The notes below the pieces were generated by a model, which saw only the letters and a program-made list of their open reading frames with translations, had not been told where the DNA came from and ran no database searches. A stretch of DNA of 64,000 nucleotides, taken from the NCBI GenBank assembly GCA_020851235.1, contig JADZDD010000001.1, positions 54,619 to 118,618 of the forward strand. Reading direction: 5' to 3'. A program made the translations under genes and the position numbers. Source of the DNA: Burkholderiales bacterium. Its GTDB lineage: Bacteria; Pseudomonadota; Gammaproteobacteria; Burkholderiales; Casimicrobiaceae. This document shows, piece after piece, positions 1 to 10,300 of the stretch (position 1 is its first letter; each line of letters begins with the position of its first letter).

Positions 1-159
1 GGGTTCGGCAGCTTCGGCTTGAACTACCGGCCGCCGCGCGTCGGCCGTAACCCGAAGTCGGGCGAGAAGGTGCAGGTGCCGCAGAAGTTCGTGCCCCATT
101 TCAAGGCCGGCAAGGAACTGCGCGAGCGCGTCGACTTTGCCGGGGAGGCGCCGAAGTAG
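1..159 (+). CDS. ihfB: Integration host factor beta subunit, C-terminal fragment (5-prime end lies outside the window)
   Basis: Frame 1 reads [45 protein letters not shown], the conserved IHF/HU C-terminal arm. The stop TAG is at 157-159, and lapA-lapB follow as in other proteobacteria. Confidence 0.85.
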   Translation, partial: GFGSFGLNYRPPRVGRNPKSGEKVQVPQKFVPHFKAGKELRERVDFAGEAPK

Positions 160-181
160 CGGCAATCGAAGTGGCGGGTCA

Positions 182-219
182 CGGGGCGGCGGAGGCAACT
201 CTCCCGCCCCGTTTTTCTT
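182..219 (+). terminator. Rho-independent terminator after ihfB
   Basis: An 8-bp stem pairs CGGGGCGG (182-189) with CCGCCCCG (204-211). The loop is 14 nt and the stem is followed by TTTTTCTT. Confidence 0.7.
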
Positions 220-264
220 GGCCGCGGCACCGTGGGGCCAACGTCGCGATGGCATAATTCACCG

Positions 265-603
265 ATGGCCTTCGTGCGCTGGATCGTCGTCGCGGTCGTG
301 TTCGTGGCGCTGCTCTACCTCTCGTTGCAGAACAGCGAGCGGACCACGCTGCGCTTCTTCCACGTCGCGCAGTGGGATGCGCCGCTCGTCGTCATCGTCT
401 TCATCGCCTTCGCGTGCGGCGTCGCGGCGGGGCTCCTCGCGGGTGCGATCCGTGCCGCGCGGCTGAAGCGGCAGGTGCATCGCCTGCGTCGCGAGCAGCA
501 TGGCGCCGAGCGGACCGCCGCCAGCGCCGCCACGAGCGACGGCGCGTTGCCCGCCACGCGGGCCGGCTACCCCCACGCCGATCGCGTCATCGACGGACTG
601 TAG
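265..603 (+). CDS. lapA: Lipopolysaccharide assembly protein LapA (YciS/DUF1049-like inner membrane protein)
   Basis: MAFVRWIVVAVVFVALLYLSLQN... shows two TM helices followed by a basic stretch. It sits immediately upstream of lapB. The ATG at 265 was chosen inside track ORF 232-603. Confidence 0.75.
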   Translation: MAFVRWIVVAVVFVALLYLSLQNSERTTLRFFHVAQWDAPLVVIVFIAFACGVAAGLLAGAIRAARLKRQVHRLRREQHGAERTAASAATSDGALPATRAGYPHADRVIDGL

Positions 604-619
604 CGCGCCCGCCGCAGCC

Positions 620-1798
620 ATGGAGTTCGACCTGTGGTGGCTGCTGCCGATCCCGGCGGTCTTCTTTGCGCTGGGCTGGATCGCGGCACGCATCGACATC
701 AAGCACCTGTTGACCGAGTCACGCGCGCTGCCGCTGTCGTACTTTCGCGGCCTCAACTTCCTGCTCAACGAGCAGCCGGACAAGGCGATCGAATCGTTCA
801 TCGAGGTCGTCAAGGTCGACCCGCAGACGGTCGATCTCCACTTTGCCCTGGGCTCGCTCTTCCGGCGGCAAGGCGAGATCGACCGGGCGATCCGCATGCA
901 CCAGAACCTGCTCGATCGCGCCGACCTTCCGCCGGATCGGCGGGTGTCGGCGACCTACGAGCTCGCGCAGGACTTCCATCGGGCGGGCCTGCTCGATCGC
1001 GCCGAGGATCTCTTCACCCGGCTCGACGGCACGCCGCACGAGCACGCGGCCTTGGGCCACCTCATCTCGATCTACGAGACGGAGAAGGATTGGGCGAAGG
1101 CGATCGCCACGACGCAGCGCATGGGCGCGCTCGCCAAGCAGCCGTACTACAAGGAGATCGCGCAGTACCACTGCGAGCTCGCGCAGGCCGCGCTGCTGCG
1201 CGCGGACTATGCGGCGCTTGCCTCCGAGCTCGACGCGGCGTCGCAGACGTATCGTGGTTGCACGCGGGCGATGCTCATCGCCGGCGATGCGCACGACCAG
1301 CAGGGCGAGCCGGCAGCGGCCATCGCCGCCTGGCAGAAGATCGAATCGCAAAATCCCGCTTTCCTGTCGCTTGCCGCCGATCGCATCGCCGACGCGTATC
1401 GGCGCCTCGGTGATGTCGCGCAAGGAGAGCGCGTCCTGCGCAACTACCAGGAGCAATACCCGTCGCTCGACATCCTCAATGCGCTCTTCTCGCTCGTTCT
1501 CGAGCGCGAGGGGCCGGCGGCGGCAGCGGCGCTCATCAAGGACGAGCTCGCCCGCAATCCCACGCTGCTCGGACTCGATCGACTGCTCGAGGCGCAACTG
1601 CTCGCCGCTCCGGCCGAGCACCGTCACGATCTCGCGCTGGTCAAGGGTCTCGTCGCGCAGCACATCAAGCGCCTCGGCATGTATCGGTGCGACCATTGCG
1701 GCTTTCGCGCCAAGCAGTATTACTGGCGCTGCCCGGGTTGCCTCAAGTGGGAGACGTATTCGCCGCGTCGCACCGAGACGCCGGACGGCTACGGCTGA
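620..1798 (+). CDS. lapB: Lipopolysaccharide assembly protein LapB (YciM), TPR protein with C-terminal rubredoxin-like metal site
   Basis: [20 protein letters not shown] is an N-terminal TM helix, followed by TPR-like repeats. The C-terminus [26 protein letters not shown] carries the diagnostic CxxC...CxxC motif. The ATG at 620 lies inside track ORF 500-1798. Confidence 0.9.
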   Translation: MEFDLWWLLPIPAVFFALGWIAARIDIKHLLTESRALPLSYFRGLNFLLNEQPDKAIESFIEVVKVDPQTVDLHFALGSLFRRQGEIDRAIRMHQNLLDRADLPPDRRVSATYELAQDFHRAGLLDRAEDLFTRLDGTPHEHAALGHLISIYETEKDWAKAIATTQRMGALAKQPYYKEIAQYHCELAQAALLRADYAALASELDAASQTYRGCTRAMLIAGDAHDQQGEPAAAIAAWQKIESQNPAFLSLAADRIADAYRRLGDVAQGERVLRNYQEQYPSLDILNALFSLVLEREGPAAAAALIKDELARNPTLLGLDRLLEAQLLAAPAEHRHDLALVKGLVAQHIKRLGMYRCDHCGFRAKQYYWRCPGCLKWETYSPRRTETPDGYG

Positions 1799-1844
1799 TG
1801 GGGGGACCCTGGAGCGCTCCGGGAAAAAACAGGAAGTGGACAAC

Positions 1845-2570
1845 GTGAGTACGACACTGCCGCGCATTTTCGTCGCGCTGGATTGCGCCGATCCGGCGCA
1901 AGCGCTCGACTGGGCGCACCGCCTCGACCCTGCACAGTGCGGCCTGAAGGTGGGCAAGGAACTCTTCGTGACCGCCGGTCCGGATCCCGTGCGCCGGATG
2001 ATCGAGCGTGGCTTTGCCGTGTTCCTCGATCTCAAGTTCCACGACATCCCGAACACCGTGGCGAGCGCCTGTGCGGCGGCAACGCGCCTGGGCGTGGCGA
2101 TGCTCAACGTCCACGCAAGCGGCGGTCGCGCCATGCTCGCTGCCGCACGCACGGCGGTCGACCGCGCCGCCGCCGCTCGCGGCGGGCGCGCGCCCTGCTT
2201 GGTCGCGGTCACGGTGCTGACGAGCCTCGGTGATGGTGACCTCGCCGACGTCGGTGTCGTCGGCACGGCGGCCGCCCAGGTGCAACGCCTCGCCGCGTTG
2301 ACGCGGGATTGCGGTCTCGACGGGGTGGTCTGCTCGGCGCAGGAAGCGCGCGCGTTGCGCGCGGCGTGCGGCCGTCACTTCAGGCTGGTCACGCCCGGGA
2401 TTCGCCTCGCCGACGCCCGTACCGACGACCAGGTGCGCGTCGTCACGCCCGAGCAGGCGATTCGCGACGGCGCCGACCACCTCGTGATCGGCCGCCCGAT
2501 CACGCAGGCGCGCGATCCGCTTGCGACGCTCGCCGCGATCAACGCTGCCGTGTCGAAGGTGAGCGCATGA
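1845..2570 (+). CDS. pyrF: Orotidine 5-prime-phosphate decarboxylase
   Basis: [16 protein letters not shown]...GLKVGKELF...[13 protein letters not shown]...[10 protein letters not shown] are PyrF motifs. The GTG start at 1845 (alternative 1836) is preceded by AGGAAG. Confidence 0.9.
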   Translation: MSTTLPRIFVALDCADPAQALDWAHRLDPAQCGLKVGKELFVTAGPDPVRRMIERGFAVFLDLKFHDIPNTVASACAAATRLGVAMLNVHASGGRAMLAAARTAVDRAAAARGGRAPCLVAVTVLTSLGDGDLADVGVVGTAAAQVQRLAALTRDCGLDGVVCSAQEARALRAACGRHFRLVTPGIRLADARTDDQVRVVTPEQAIRDGADHLVIGRPITQARDPLATLAAINAAVSKVSA

Positions 2571-3898
2571 AGATCACGATGATCGGCACGGGTTACGTGG
2601 GGCTCGTGACCGGCACCTGCTTCGCCGAGGTCGGCAACGATGTCCTGTGCGTCGACGTCGATCCCCGCAAGATCGCGATCCTCAATGCGGGCGGCGTGCC
2701 AATCCACGAGCCCGGCCTCGAAGCGATGGTCCGCCGCAACATCGCGGCAGGTCGGCTGCGCTTTTCCACCGACATCGCGGCGTCGGTGGCGCACGGCGCG
2801 CTGCAGTTCATCGCCGTGGGCACGCCTCCCGACGAGGACGGCAGCGCCGACATGCGCCACGTCATCGCCGCCGCGCGCGCGATCGGCGAGCGCATGCAGG
2901 AGCCGAAGATCGTCGTCGACAAGTCGACCGTTCCGGTCGGGACCGCCGATCGGGTGCAGGCGACGATCGCGGCCGCGCTCGCCGCGCGCGGGGTCGCGAT
3001 CCCGTTCTCGGTCGTGAGCAATCCCGAGTTCCTGAAGGAGGGTGCTGCGGTCGAGGACTTCATGCGCCCGGACCGCGTCGTGATCGGCGCCACCGATCCC
3101 GGCGCGATCACCGCGCTGCGCAACCTGTACGCGCCTTTCATGCGCAATCACGACCGGCTCCTCGTCATGGATCCTCGGTCGGCCGAACTCACGAAGTACG
3201 CCGCCAATGCGATGCTCGCCACGCGCATCTCGTTCATGAACGAGCTTGCCAACCTCGCCGAGACGTTGGGTGCGGACATCGAGCTGGTGCGCCAGGGCAT
3301 CGGTTCGGATCCGCGCATCGGCTACCGCTTCCTCTATCCCGGGGTGGGCTACGGCGGCAGCTGCTTTCCCAAGGACGTGCGGGCGCTGCAGCACACCGCT
3401 GCGCAGCACGGGCATCCGCTCGCACTGCTGGCGGCGGTCGAGGCGGTCAACGCGGCGCAAAAGGAGGTGCTCGTGCACAAGATCGTGGCGCGCCTCGGTG
3501 CGGACCTGCGCGGACGCACCATCGCGCTGTGGGGCCTTGCCTTCAAGCCGGACACCGACGACATGCGCGAGGCGCCGTCACGCGTCATCATCGCCGCACT
3601 CGTGGCGCGCGGCGCGCGCGTGGTCGCCTACGATCCGGTGGCGATGGACGAGGCTCGACGGCTCTTTGCCGACGCTTCGGGGATCAGCTTTGCGGCAACG
3701 CCGCTTGCCGCCTGTGACGGCGCCGACGCGCTCGTCGTCGTCACCGAATGGCAGGAGTTTCGCAGTCCCGATTTCATGGACCTGCGCCGCCGCCTGACGA
3801 CGGGGCTCGTCTTCGACGGACGCAATCTGTACCCGCCGGCGGACGTGCGTGCCGCCGGGCTCGAGTACTTCGGCATCGGCCGTCCGGTGCCGCAATGA
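2567..3898 (+). CDS. ugd: UDP-glucose 6-dehydrogenase
   Basis: [26 protein letters not shown] is a Rossmann fold. The catalytic motif [10 protein letters not shown] is present and the length is 443 aa. The ATG overlaps the pyrF stop (ATGA). Confidence 0.9.
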   Translation: MKITMIGTGYVGLVTGTCFAEVGNDVLCVDVDPRKIAILNAGGVPIHEPGLEAMVRRNIAAGRLRFSTDIAASVAHGALQFIAVGTPPDEDGSADMRHVIAAARAIGERMQEPKIVVDKSTVPVGTADRVQATIAAALAARGVAIPFSVVSNPEFLKEGAAVEDFMRPDRVVIGATDPGAITALRNLYAPFMRNHDRLLVMDPRSAELTKYAANAMLATRISFMNELANLAETLGADIELVRQGIGSDPRIGYRFLYPGVGYGGSCFPKDVRALQHTAAQHGHPLALLAAVEAVNAAQKEVLVHKIVARLGADLRGRTIALWGLAFKPDTDDMREAPSRVIIAALVARGARVVAYDPVAMDEARRLFADASGISFAATPLAACDGADALVVVTEWQEFRSPDFMDLRRRLTTGLVFDGRNLYPPADVRAAGLEYFGIGRPVPQ

Positions 3899-4839
3899 CC
3901 GACGCGCCGCGCTTTTCGGCGTTCGCGGCGGCGGCCGGGCACGGCCGCGTGCTCGTCGTGGGTGACGTGATGCTCGACCGCTACTGGTTCGGCGACGTCG
4001 ATCGCATTTCGCCCGAGGCGCCCGTCCCGGTGGTGAAGATCGTCCGCAGCGAGGAGCGCCCGGGCGGGGCGGCGAACGTGGCGCGCAATGCCGCCGCGTT
4101 GGGGGCGAAGGTGAGCCTGCTGTCGGTGGTCGGCGCCGACGAGGCGGGGGCGACGCTCGCGCGCCTGCTTGCCGACGAACGCGTGGTGGCGTCGTTCCAG
4201 CGCGATCCCGGACTTGCCACGACCGTGAAGCTGCGCGTCATCGGCCGCCAGCAGCAGCTCCTGCGCATCGACCTCGAAGCACCGCCATCGCACGAGGTCC
4301 TCGCTGCGAAGCTCGCCGACTACGGGCGCCTGCTGCACGACACCGACGTCGTCATCCTCTCCGATTACGGCAAGGGCGGGCTCACGCACATCGCGACGAT
4401 GATCGACCAGGCGCACGCCGCGGGCAAGCGCGTGCTGGTCGACCCCAAGGGCGACGACTACACGCGCTATCGCCGTGCGACGGTGCTCACGCCCAACCGC
4501 GCCGAACTGCGCGACGTCGTGGGGCAATGGCGCGACGAGGCGGATCTCGTCACGCGCGCGCAGCGGCTGCGCGCCGATCTCGCGCTCGAGGCGCTGCTCG
4601 TCACGCGCTCCGAGGAGGGGATGACGCTCTTCACCGCGCAGGGCGTGCAGACGATCCCGGCGCAGGCGCGCGAGGTCTACGACGTCTCCGGCGCGGGCGA
4701 CACGGTCATCGCGACCGTGGGCGTGCTGCTCGCGGCCGGAGCGACGTTGCCCGATGCCGTGCGCGTGGCCAACGAGGCCGCCGGCGTCGTCGTCGGCAAG
4801 CTCGGGACCGCCGTCGTCCTGCCGCAGGAGCTCGCGTGA
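3895..4839 (+). CDS. hldA: D-glycero-beta-D-manno-heptose-7-phosphate kinase (RfaE domain I type, kinase only)
   Basis: [30 protein letters not shown]...[11 protein letters not shown]...[11 protein letters not shown] are PfkB/ribokinase-family motifs typical of HldA. Length is 314 aa. The ATGA overlaps the ugd stop. Confidence 0.85.
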   Translation: MTDAPRFSAFAAAAGHGRVLVVGDVMLDRYWFGDVDRISPEAPVPVVKIVRSEERPGGAANVARNAAALGAKVSLLSVVGADEAGATLARLLADERVVASFQRDPGLATTVKLRVIGRQQQLLRIDLEAPPSHEVLAAKLADYGRLLHDTDVVILSDYGKGGLTHIATMIDQAHAAGKRVLVDPKGDDYTRYRRATVLTPNRAELRDVVGQWRDEADLVTRAQRLRADLALEALLVTRSEEGMTLFTAQGVQTIPAQAREVYDVSGAGDTVIATVGVLLAAGATLPDAVRVANEAAGVVVGKLGTAVVLPQELA

Positions 4840-5672
4840 GTGCAGCGGTCGAGCGCGCCCGCGCGCGCGTGGCGGCCACCGGCACCGATCGCTCGCTGCG
4901 AGCGCGACTCGAGCGCAGCCTGGCGGCGCGGTTCTGGTTGCGCTTCCACATGTCGGTGATGCTGGGCGCGGCCTTTGCCCTCGGCTTCGTGACGAATGCG
5001 CTGCTCCTGTGGGCCGACGTCGGCGCGACGTTGCTGCGCTGGCCGGTCAGCGTGCTCGTGGGCTATCTCGGGCTCTTCTTCTGCATGCGCCTGTGGCTCG
5101 CCTACATCGGGGTGCGCCCGCTCTTCGGGCCGCCGCGCCGGACGCGTGACGGCGGGGTCGACCTGCCCGACCTCGGATGGACCTCCCGCGGCGGGCCGGG
5201 TGGGGCAGGGGGCGGGGTGCACGGTGGTGGCGGCGCGTCCGGAGGGGGTGGGGCGTCGGCCTCGTTCGGCGAGGCCACACCACGCCTTGCCCTCACCGGG
5301 ACGCCGTCGCAAGGTAGCAGCACGACCGCGGGGGGCAGCTTCGACCTGGGCGATGGCGATCTCGGTGCGCTCCTGCTCCTGATCGTCATCGTCGTGGCAC
5401 TCACGGTGGCGCTGGGCGGGGGCGTCGTGTATCTCGTCGCCTCGGCGCCGCACCTGTTGACCGACGTCGCCTTCGGCGCCGTGCTCACCGGGGGCATCGC
5501 TCCCGCGGCCCGGCGTGTGGCCAACGCGGACGACGGCTGGTCGGGCAGTGTGTGGAAGGCGACTTCGAAGCCCTTTGTGGCGATCATCGTCGTGGTGGTC
5601 CTGGCGGCACTCGCCTTCGACCATTACTTCCCCGCCGCACGAACCCTTGGCGAGGCGTTCGGGAGCGTGTAG
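4836..5672 (+). CDS. Hypothetical multi-pass membrane protein with a central Gly-rich low-complexity segment
   Basis: The GTG at 4836 overlaps the hldA stop (GTGA). Several hydrophobic helices are present, for example FWLRFHMSVMLGAAFALGFV and LLLLIVIVVALTVALGGGVVYLV. GC3 is high. I recognise no family. Confidence 0.55.
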   Translation: MSAAVERARARVAATGTDRSLRARLERSLAARFWLRFHMSVMLGAAFALGFVTNALLLWADVGATLLRWPVSVLVGYLGLFFCMRLWLAYIGVRPLFGPPRRTRDGGVDLPDLGWTSRGGPGGAGGGVHGGGGASGGGGASASFGEATPRLALTGTPSQGSSTTAGGSFDLGDGDLGALLLLIVIVVALTVALGGGVVYLVASAPHLLTDVAFGAVLTGGIAPAARRVANADDGWSGSVWKATSKPFVAIIVVVVLAALAFDHYFPAARTLGEAFGSV

Positions 5673-7030
5673 TGGCCAGGACCAAGACCGTCTACGCCTG
5701 CACCGAGTGCGGCGGCGCGTCGCCCAAGTGGCAGGGCCAGTGCCCGCATTGCGGCGCGTGGAATACGCTCGTCGAGTCACTCGCCGCGCCGGTGTCGACC
5801 CGCTTCGAGTCGGTCGCAGGGATGCGCTCGACCGTGACGGCGCTCGCGAGCGTCACGGCGCAGGAGAGCGAGCGGATCGCGACCGGGCTCGCCGAGTTCG
5901 ACCGCGTCCTGGGCGGGGGACTCGTTGCCGGGGGCGTCGTCCTCCTGGGTGGCGATCCGGGCATCGGCAAGTCGACGCTCCTCCTCCAGGCCTCGGCGGC
6001 ACTCGGGGCGGCGCGCAAGACGCTCTACGTGACCGGGGAGGAATCGGTCGAGCAGGTCGCGCTGCGCGCGCAGCGCCTGGGACTCGTCCAGGCGCCGGTC
6101 ATGCTTCTCGCCGAGGTCCAGTTGGAAGCGATCGTCGCGGCCATCGGTGAACTCGCTCCCGAAGTGGTCGTCATCGACTCGATCCAGACGGTCTACACCG
6201 AGGCGCTGCAATCCGCACCGGGGAGTGTCGCGCAGGTGCGCGAGTGCGCAGCGCAGTTGACGCGACTTGCGAAGAAGCGTGGCATAGTCATTGTTTTTGT
6301 GGGACATGTTACCAAGGAAGGCGCTCTTGCCGGGCCACGGGTGTTGGAGCACATCGTCGACACGGTGCTGTACTTCGAGGGTGACCCGCACTCGAGTTTT
6401 CGCCTCGTGCGCGCGATCAAGAACCGCTTCGGCGCCGCCAACGAGCTCGGTGTCTTTGCCATGACCGAGCGCGGGCTGCGCGGAGTTGCCAACCCATCGG
6501 CGCTCTTCCTGTCGCAGCACGGCGGACCGGTGCCCGGGTCGGTGGTGACTGCCACGCTCGAAGGCTCCCGGCCGCTCCTCGTGGAAGTGCAGGCCTTGGT
6601 GGACCCCACGCAAGGCGGCATGCCGCGCCGGCTTGCCGTGGGTCTCGACGCGCAGCGCCTCGCGTTGCTGCTCGCCGTCCTGCATCGCCACGGCGGGGTC
6701 GATACGGGGGGTTACGACGTCTTCGTCAATGCCGTGGGCGGGGTGCGCATCGGTGAGCCCGCGGGCGATCTCGCCATCGTGATGGCCGTCGAATCATCGT
6801 TGAAGAACAGACCGTTACCTGACAAATCTATTGTATTCGGTGAAGTAGGGCTCGCAGGCGAGGTGCGCCCCGTCCAGCGCGGCCAGGAGCGCATCCGCGA
6901 GGCGGTGAAGCTCGGCTTCACGACCGTCATCGTTCCGCTCGCGAACCAGCCGCGCCACGCCATCGACGGCGCCCGGATCATGGCCGTGCAGCGCGTCGAC
7001 GAGGCGCTCGACCGGCTGCGCGAGGGCTAG
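5672..7030 (+). CDS. radA: DNA repair protein RadA/Sms
   Basis: The N-terminal zinc finger is YACTECGGASPKWQGQCPHCGAWNT. Walker A is GGDPGIGKSTLLLQ, the KNRFG motif is present, and the Lon-like C-terminus includes FGEVGLAGEVRPV. The GTG start overlaps the preceding stop by 1 nt. Confidence 0.92.
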   Translation: MARTKTVYACTECGGASPKWQGQCPHCGAWNTLVESLAAPVSTRFESVAGMRSTVTALASVTAQESERIATGLAEFDRVLGGGLVAGGVVLLGGDPGIGKSTLLLQASAALGAARKTLYVTGEESVEQVALRAQRLGLVQAPVMLLAEVQLEAIVAAIGELAPEVVVIDSIQTVYTEALQSAPGSVAQVRECAAQLTRLAKKRGIVIVFVGHVTKEGALAGPRVLEHIVDTVLYFEGDPHSSFRLVRAIKNRFGAANELGVFAMTERGLRGVANPSALFLSQHGGPVPGSVVTATLEGSRPLLVEVQALVDPTQGGMPRRLAVGLDAQRLALLLAVLHRHGGVDTGGYDVFVNAVGGVRIGEPAGDLAIVMAVESSLKNRPLPDKSIVFGEVGLAGEVRPVQRGQERIREAVKLGFTTVIVPLANQPRHAIDGARIMAVQRVDEALDRLREG

Positions 7031-7079
7031 CTAACGGGGCGGAGAGGGTCCGGGAACGCCGGCGTGGCCCGGCGAGCCG

Positions 7080-7262
7080 TCAGCGCGGAGCGCCCGCCGT
7101 GGGTTGCACCCACTGCGGGTCGACCTCCGGCGCAGCCCGCCACGCCTGGGTGAAACGGACGAGCTCCTCGAGCCAACGCAGACGTTCGGCCAGCGGAACC
7201 CGCGCGTACGCGTGCAGGCGCTCGTCGGAGATGACGTAGGGGAACGCAGCGCTCGTCCTCAT
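7080..7262 (-). CDS. Hypothetical 60-aa protein downstream of the G8-domain gene
   Basis: An ATG-initiated ORF (MRTSAAFPYVISDERLHAYARVPLAERLRWLEELVRF...) with high third-position GC, 78 nt after the stop of the large gene on the same strand. No obvious SD and no family recognised. Confidence 0.4.
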   Translation of the reverse strand: MRTSAAFPYVISDERLHAYARVPLAERLRWLEELVRFTQAWRAAPEVDPQWVQPTAGAPR

Positions 7263-7340
7263 CGATCGAGACCCAAGCGCTTGAGCGATTCGAGCGCAGC
7301 GATATCGACCAGGTCGAGCGGGCGCCCGGCGGCGCGAGGG

Positions 7341-10300
7341 CTAACGGCCAAGGATCGCCCGGGCCGACGGCGAGAGGAGGGCAGCCGGATTCGCCGTGTC
7401 GCCACGGCAGGTCGGATCCGACCTCACGCCCTTGTAGCCCGCGACCCGATACGGATACGCCGACGCCGGATTCTGGTCGAGCGCCTCGACGATCGCTCCC
7501 GGAGGCCGCGTCCCATCGCCGTCGACGAAGGCGAGCTGGTTGGCGCCGACGACGGGCGGCTGCACGTATGCGGGATTCGTCTCGTAGATCGTCTTCTTGC
7601 CTGGAGCCGCACACGCCGACGGCGCGGGATCGTAGTCCGGGTCGTCGAGGCGCACGGTGTAGGTGAGGCAGCCCTCGGCCGGACAGGCGTAGTAGCTCTC
7701 GGGGTAGGGGTGCCCCGCCGGATTGGGGCAGTAGTCGGGCGGATTGGCAACGTCGCAGCTGCCGAGCGGCGACGTGGAGACGACGTTGGGGCGGTCCTGC
7801 TTCACGTAGAAGAAGAGCATGCCCGTGTCCGCGTCGTAGTAGTAGTGGTCCTTGTTGATGTCGACGGGCCGACCTGTCTTCGGATCGGTGAGGTCGGCGA
7901 TCGACGCCACCGGCGTGTAGTCCGCGGACTTGGGATAGATGCAGATCGGCTGCCGGGTCACGCCGGCCAACGCCTCGGTCGATCCGGCGGGACAACTCGC
8001 GTTGGCGTCACGTCCGAGCACGCCATGCGCGGGACACCCCTTGTACGCCGCCGGGTTGTCGAACGAGAAGCCGTTGAGATTGGCCGGGTTCTGCGCCGAG
8101 AGGTTGTAGCAGACCTCGTTGTCGTAGCTGTTCTGGCCGTCGATCGGCGTGAAGAGCTTGCGGATCTTGCTCTCGGCGAAGTTGACCGGACCTGCTCCCC
8201 ACGAGCGGTAGCCGCGGGTGATCTTGAATTTCCCGTTGGGGCGCAGATGACCCGCCTTCTTCCCCGTGTAGCACACGCCAACGCGCACGTAGAACGGATT
8301 GTCGGTGGAGATGCGCGGCATGACGATGTCGTTCAACCCCACGCTGATGACGTTCGGGATGCCCGGCGTCGTCGTGGCCGCGTCCGCAAGGCCAGGTGAG
8401 CCCTGCGCGCTGCGCACGGTGACGGTGTAGCCGTGCCCGTGCGCGACCTTGGGCTCCCAGATCCCCTGGTTGTTGCGGCTGTGCAGGTCCATCGTCTGGT
8501 GTGCGCCGTAGTCGGTCGTGTCCTTGGCAAACGTCATCCACTGCGTGATCGGCTGCTGCTTCTGGCCAGGGGTCGGTGGCGCCGGGACGAAGCCCGGATT
8601 GCCGGCGACCATGAACGCCTCGAACTCGAGGGTGCCGTAGTTCGCCGGCGAGATGAGCGACGTCGCGCGCAGCTCACCGAAGCCCGGTGCGCGATCCTGG
8701 CCGCCGGTCGCGAGGCACTCGTCGACGGCGTTGATCGCTGCGTTGAACGGCAGGTTGTTGAGCGAGATGGGGTAGTCGTCCACGGTGGGCGAGCCCGCCG
8801 CGGTGACGACCTTGAAGCCGGTGAGCGAGCCGTCGCGATCGATGACCGCCGTGTTCTTGTCGCCGTCGTCGAAATTGCCGAAATTCACCTTCTCGGTGAA
8901 GATCTGGTGGCGCAGGTCGACGTTGTCGAACGTGAGCCCGCGCACGTCCGTGGCCGTGGGATACGCGCTCTGGTTGTTCTGGAACCAGCCGAGCGCCGCA
9001 TCGCCCTCGTAGACCGGCGCGCCGTTGAAGTAGCCGGTGAATTTCTTCTGGATCGCCACGTCCTCGTTGGTGAGGAGCTGGTTGGCGGGGTCGGTCGGAT
9101 CCGCACGGAAGTTGACGAAGCGCACATCGTGGATGCGGGCGGGGCCGTCGTAGATGTAGAAGCCCGCGAAATTCCACGCCGGACTGGGGTAGCTCTTCGG
9201 GACGTAGGTGGCGGCGTCCGCATTCTTGTCCACACACCCCGGGAGCTCGACCTCGTTGCTCGTTCCGGCACACGGACCCCAGCGGTCGACATTGTTGGTC
9301 GACACGCCGACGATCGTCGAATCCTTGAGCAGCCCCCACACGCCGGGTGCGTTGCCGTCGAGGCCGCCGGAGGTCACGAGCGTGACGCCCTCGCGCGAGG
9401 TCGCCACGCGCGCGTGATCGAAGACGAACCAGGTCGGGCGCATCCATACGCCGCGGTTACGGATGCGCGACGCCGTGAAGCCGGTGAACCGGGCGACGAT
9501 GTTCTGCTTGTTGTTGTCGCCGTCGACCTTCGGCTGCAACTGCTGGTCGCCGGCAATGCCGGCTTCGCCTTCGCCGAACACGCCGTCGTAGCACGCGTGC
9601 GCGCGATTGTTGACGAAGGCCCCGACGGGCAGGTTCGCCATCTGGAAGTTGTTCTTGGCCGGATCCTTCCAGTTCTGTGTCGTGGGCGGGATGTACCAGT
9701 ACGCCTTCCCGGTGGCCTGACAGCCGCCGATCGAATTGCCGAGGAGCTCGGTACCCGGATTGACGAGCCAGAAGCCCGACGGGCCCTCGTAGTAGTAGGG
9801 CTGGCCGCCGGGGCAGGTCGGTGGGCTGCCGGCCTGGACGTCGGCGGCGCTGTCAAGGAGCCCGTTCGGTTGCCGCGCAAAGCACTGGCCGTGCACGGCG
9901 AGGCTCTTGTCGTCGGTGTTGAGCACGTACAGGCCGTAGTAACCGTCACCCAGACGCGAGAGGTAATCGCCTTCCCAGTAGCCCTTGAAGACGCCGTTGG
10001 CGTCGGCGGGCGGCGTGATGCCGAACGACTGCACCATCGCGCCCAGGCCCAGGTTGTCGTGGTACTTGATGCCGGTGTCGAAGATCACGCTCCCGGTCAT
10101 CGGGTCGTGGCCCGCCGGGACCTCCTCGTAGAAGAGGTGGCCGATCGCGCGTGCGCAGACGTTGTTCGACAGCGTCACGTCGTTGGTCATGTGGACCGCG
10201 ATGCAGTGGTTGTAGCTGTGGTGAATGCTGTTGCTGTTGAACCTGAACGTTGCGCCCGGGTGGTCGCCCAGCATGTGCAAGTGGATGGGATAGCTGCCCA

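Noticed and set aside
5150-5290. A glycine-rich GGN repeat region that could be a tandem repeat or phase-variation tract
   Set aside because: The repeats are imperfect (GGPGGAGGGVHGGGGASGGGGASA) and in frame within a membrane-protein ORF. It is low-complexity coding sequence rather than a structured repeat array.
7027-7995. A 322-aa minus-strand ORF overlapping the end of the G8 gene and the 60-aa ORF
   Set aside because: It is out of frame with the large gene, has Arg/Pro-rich composition, and has no independent support.
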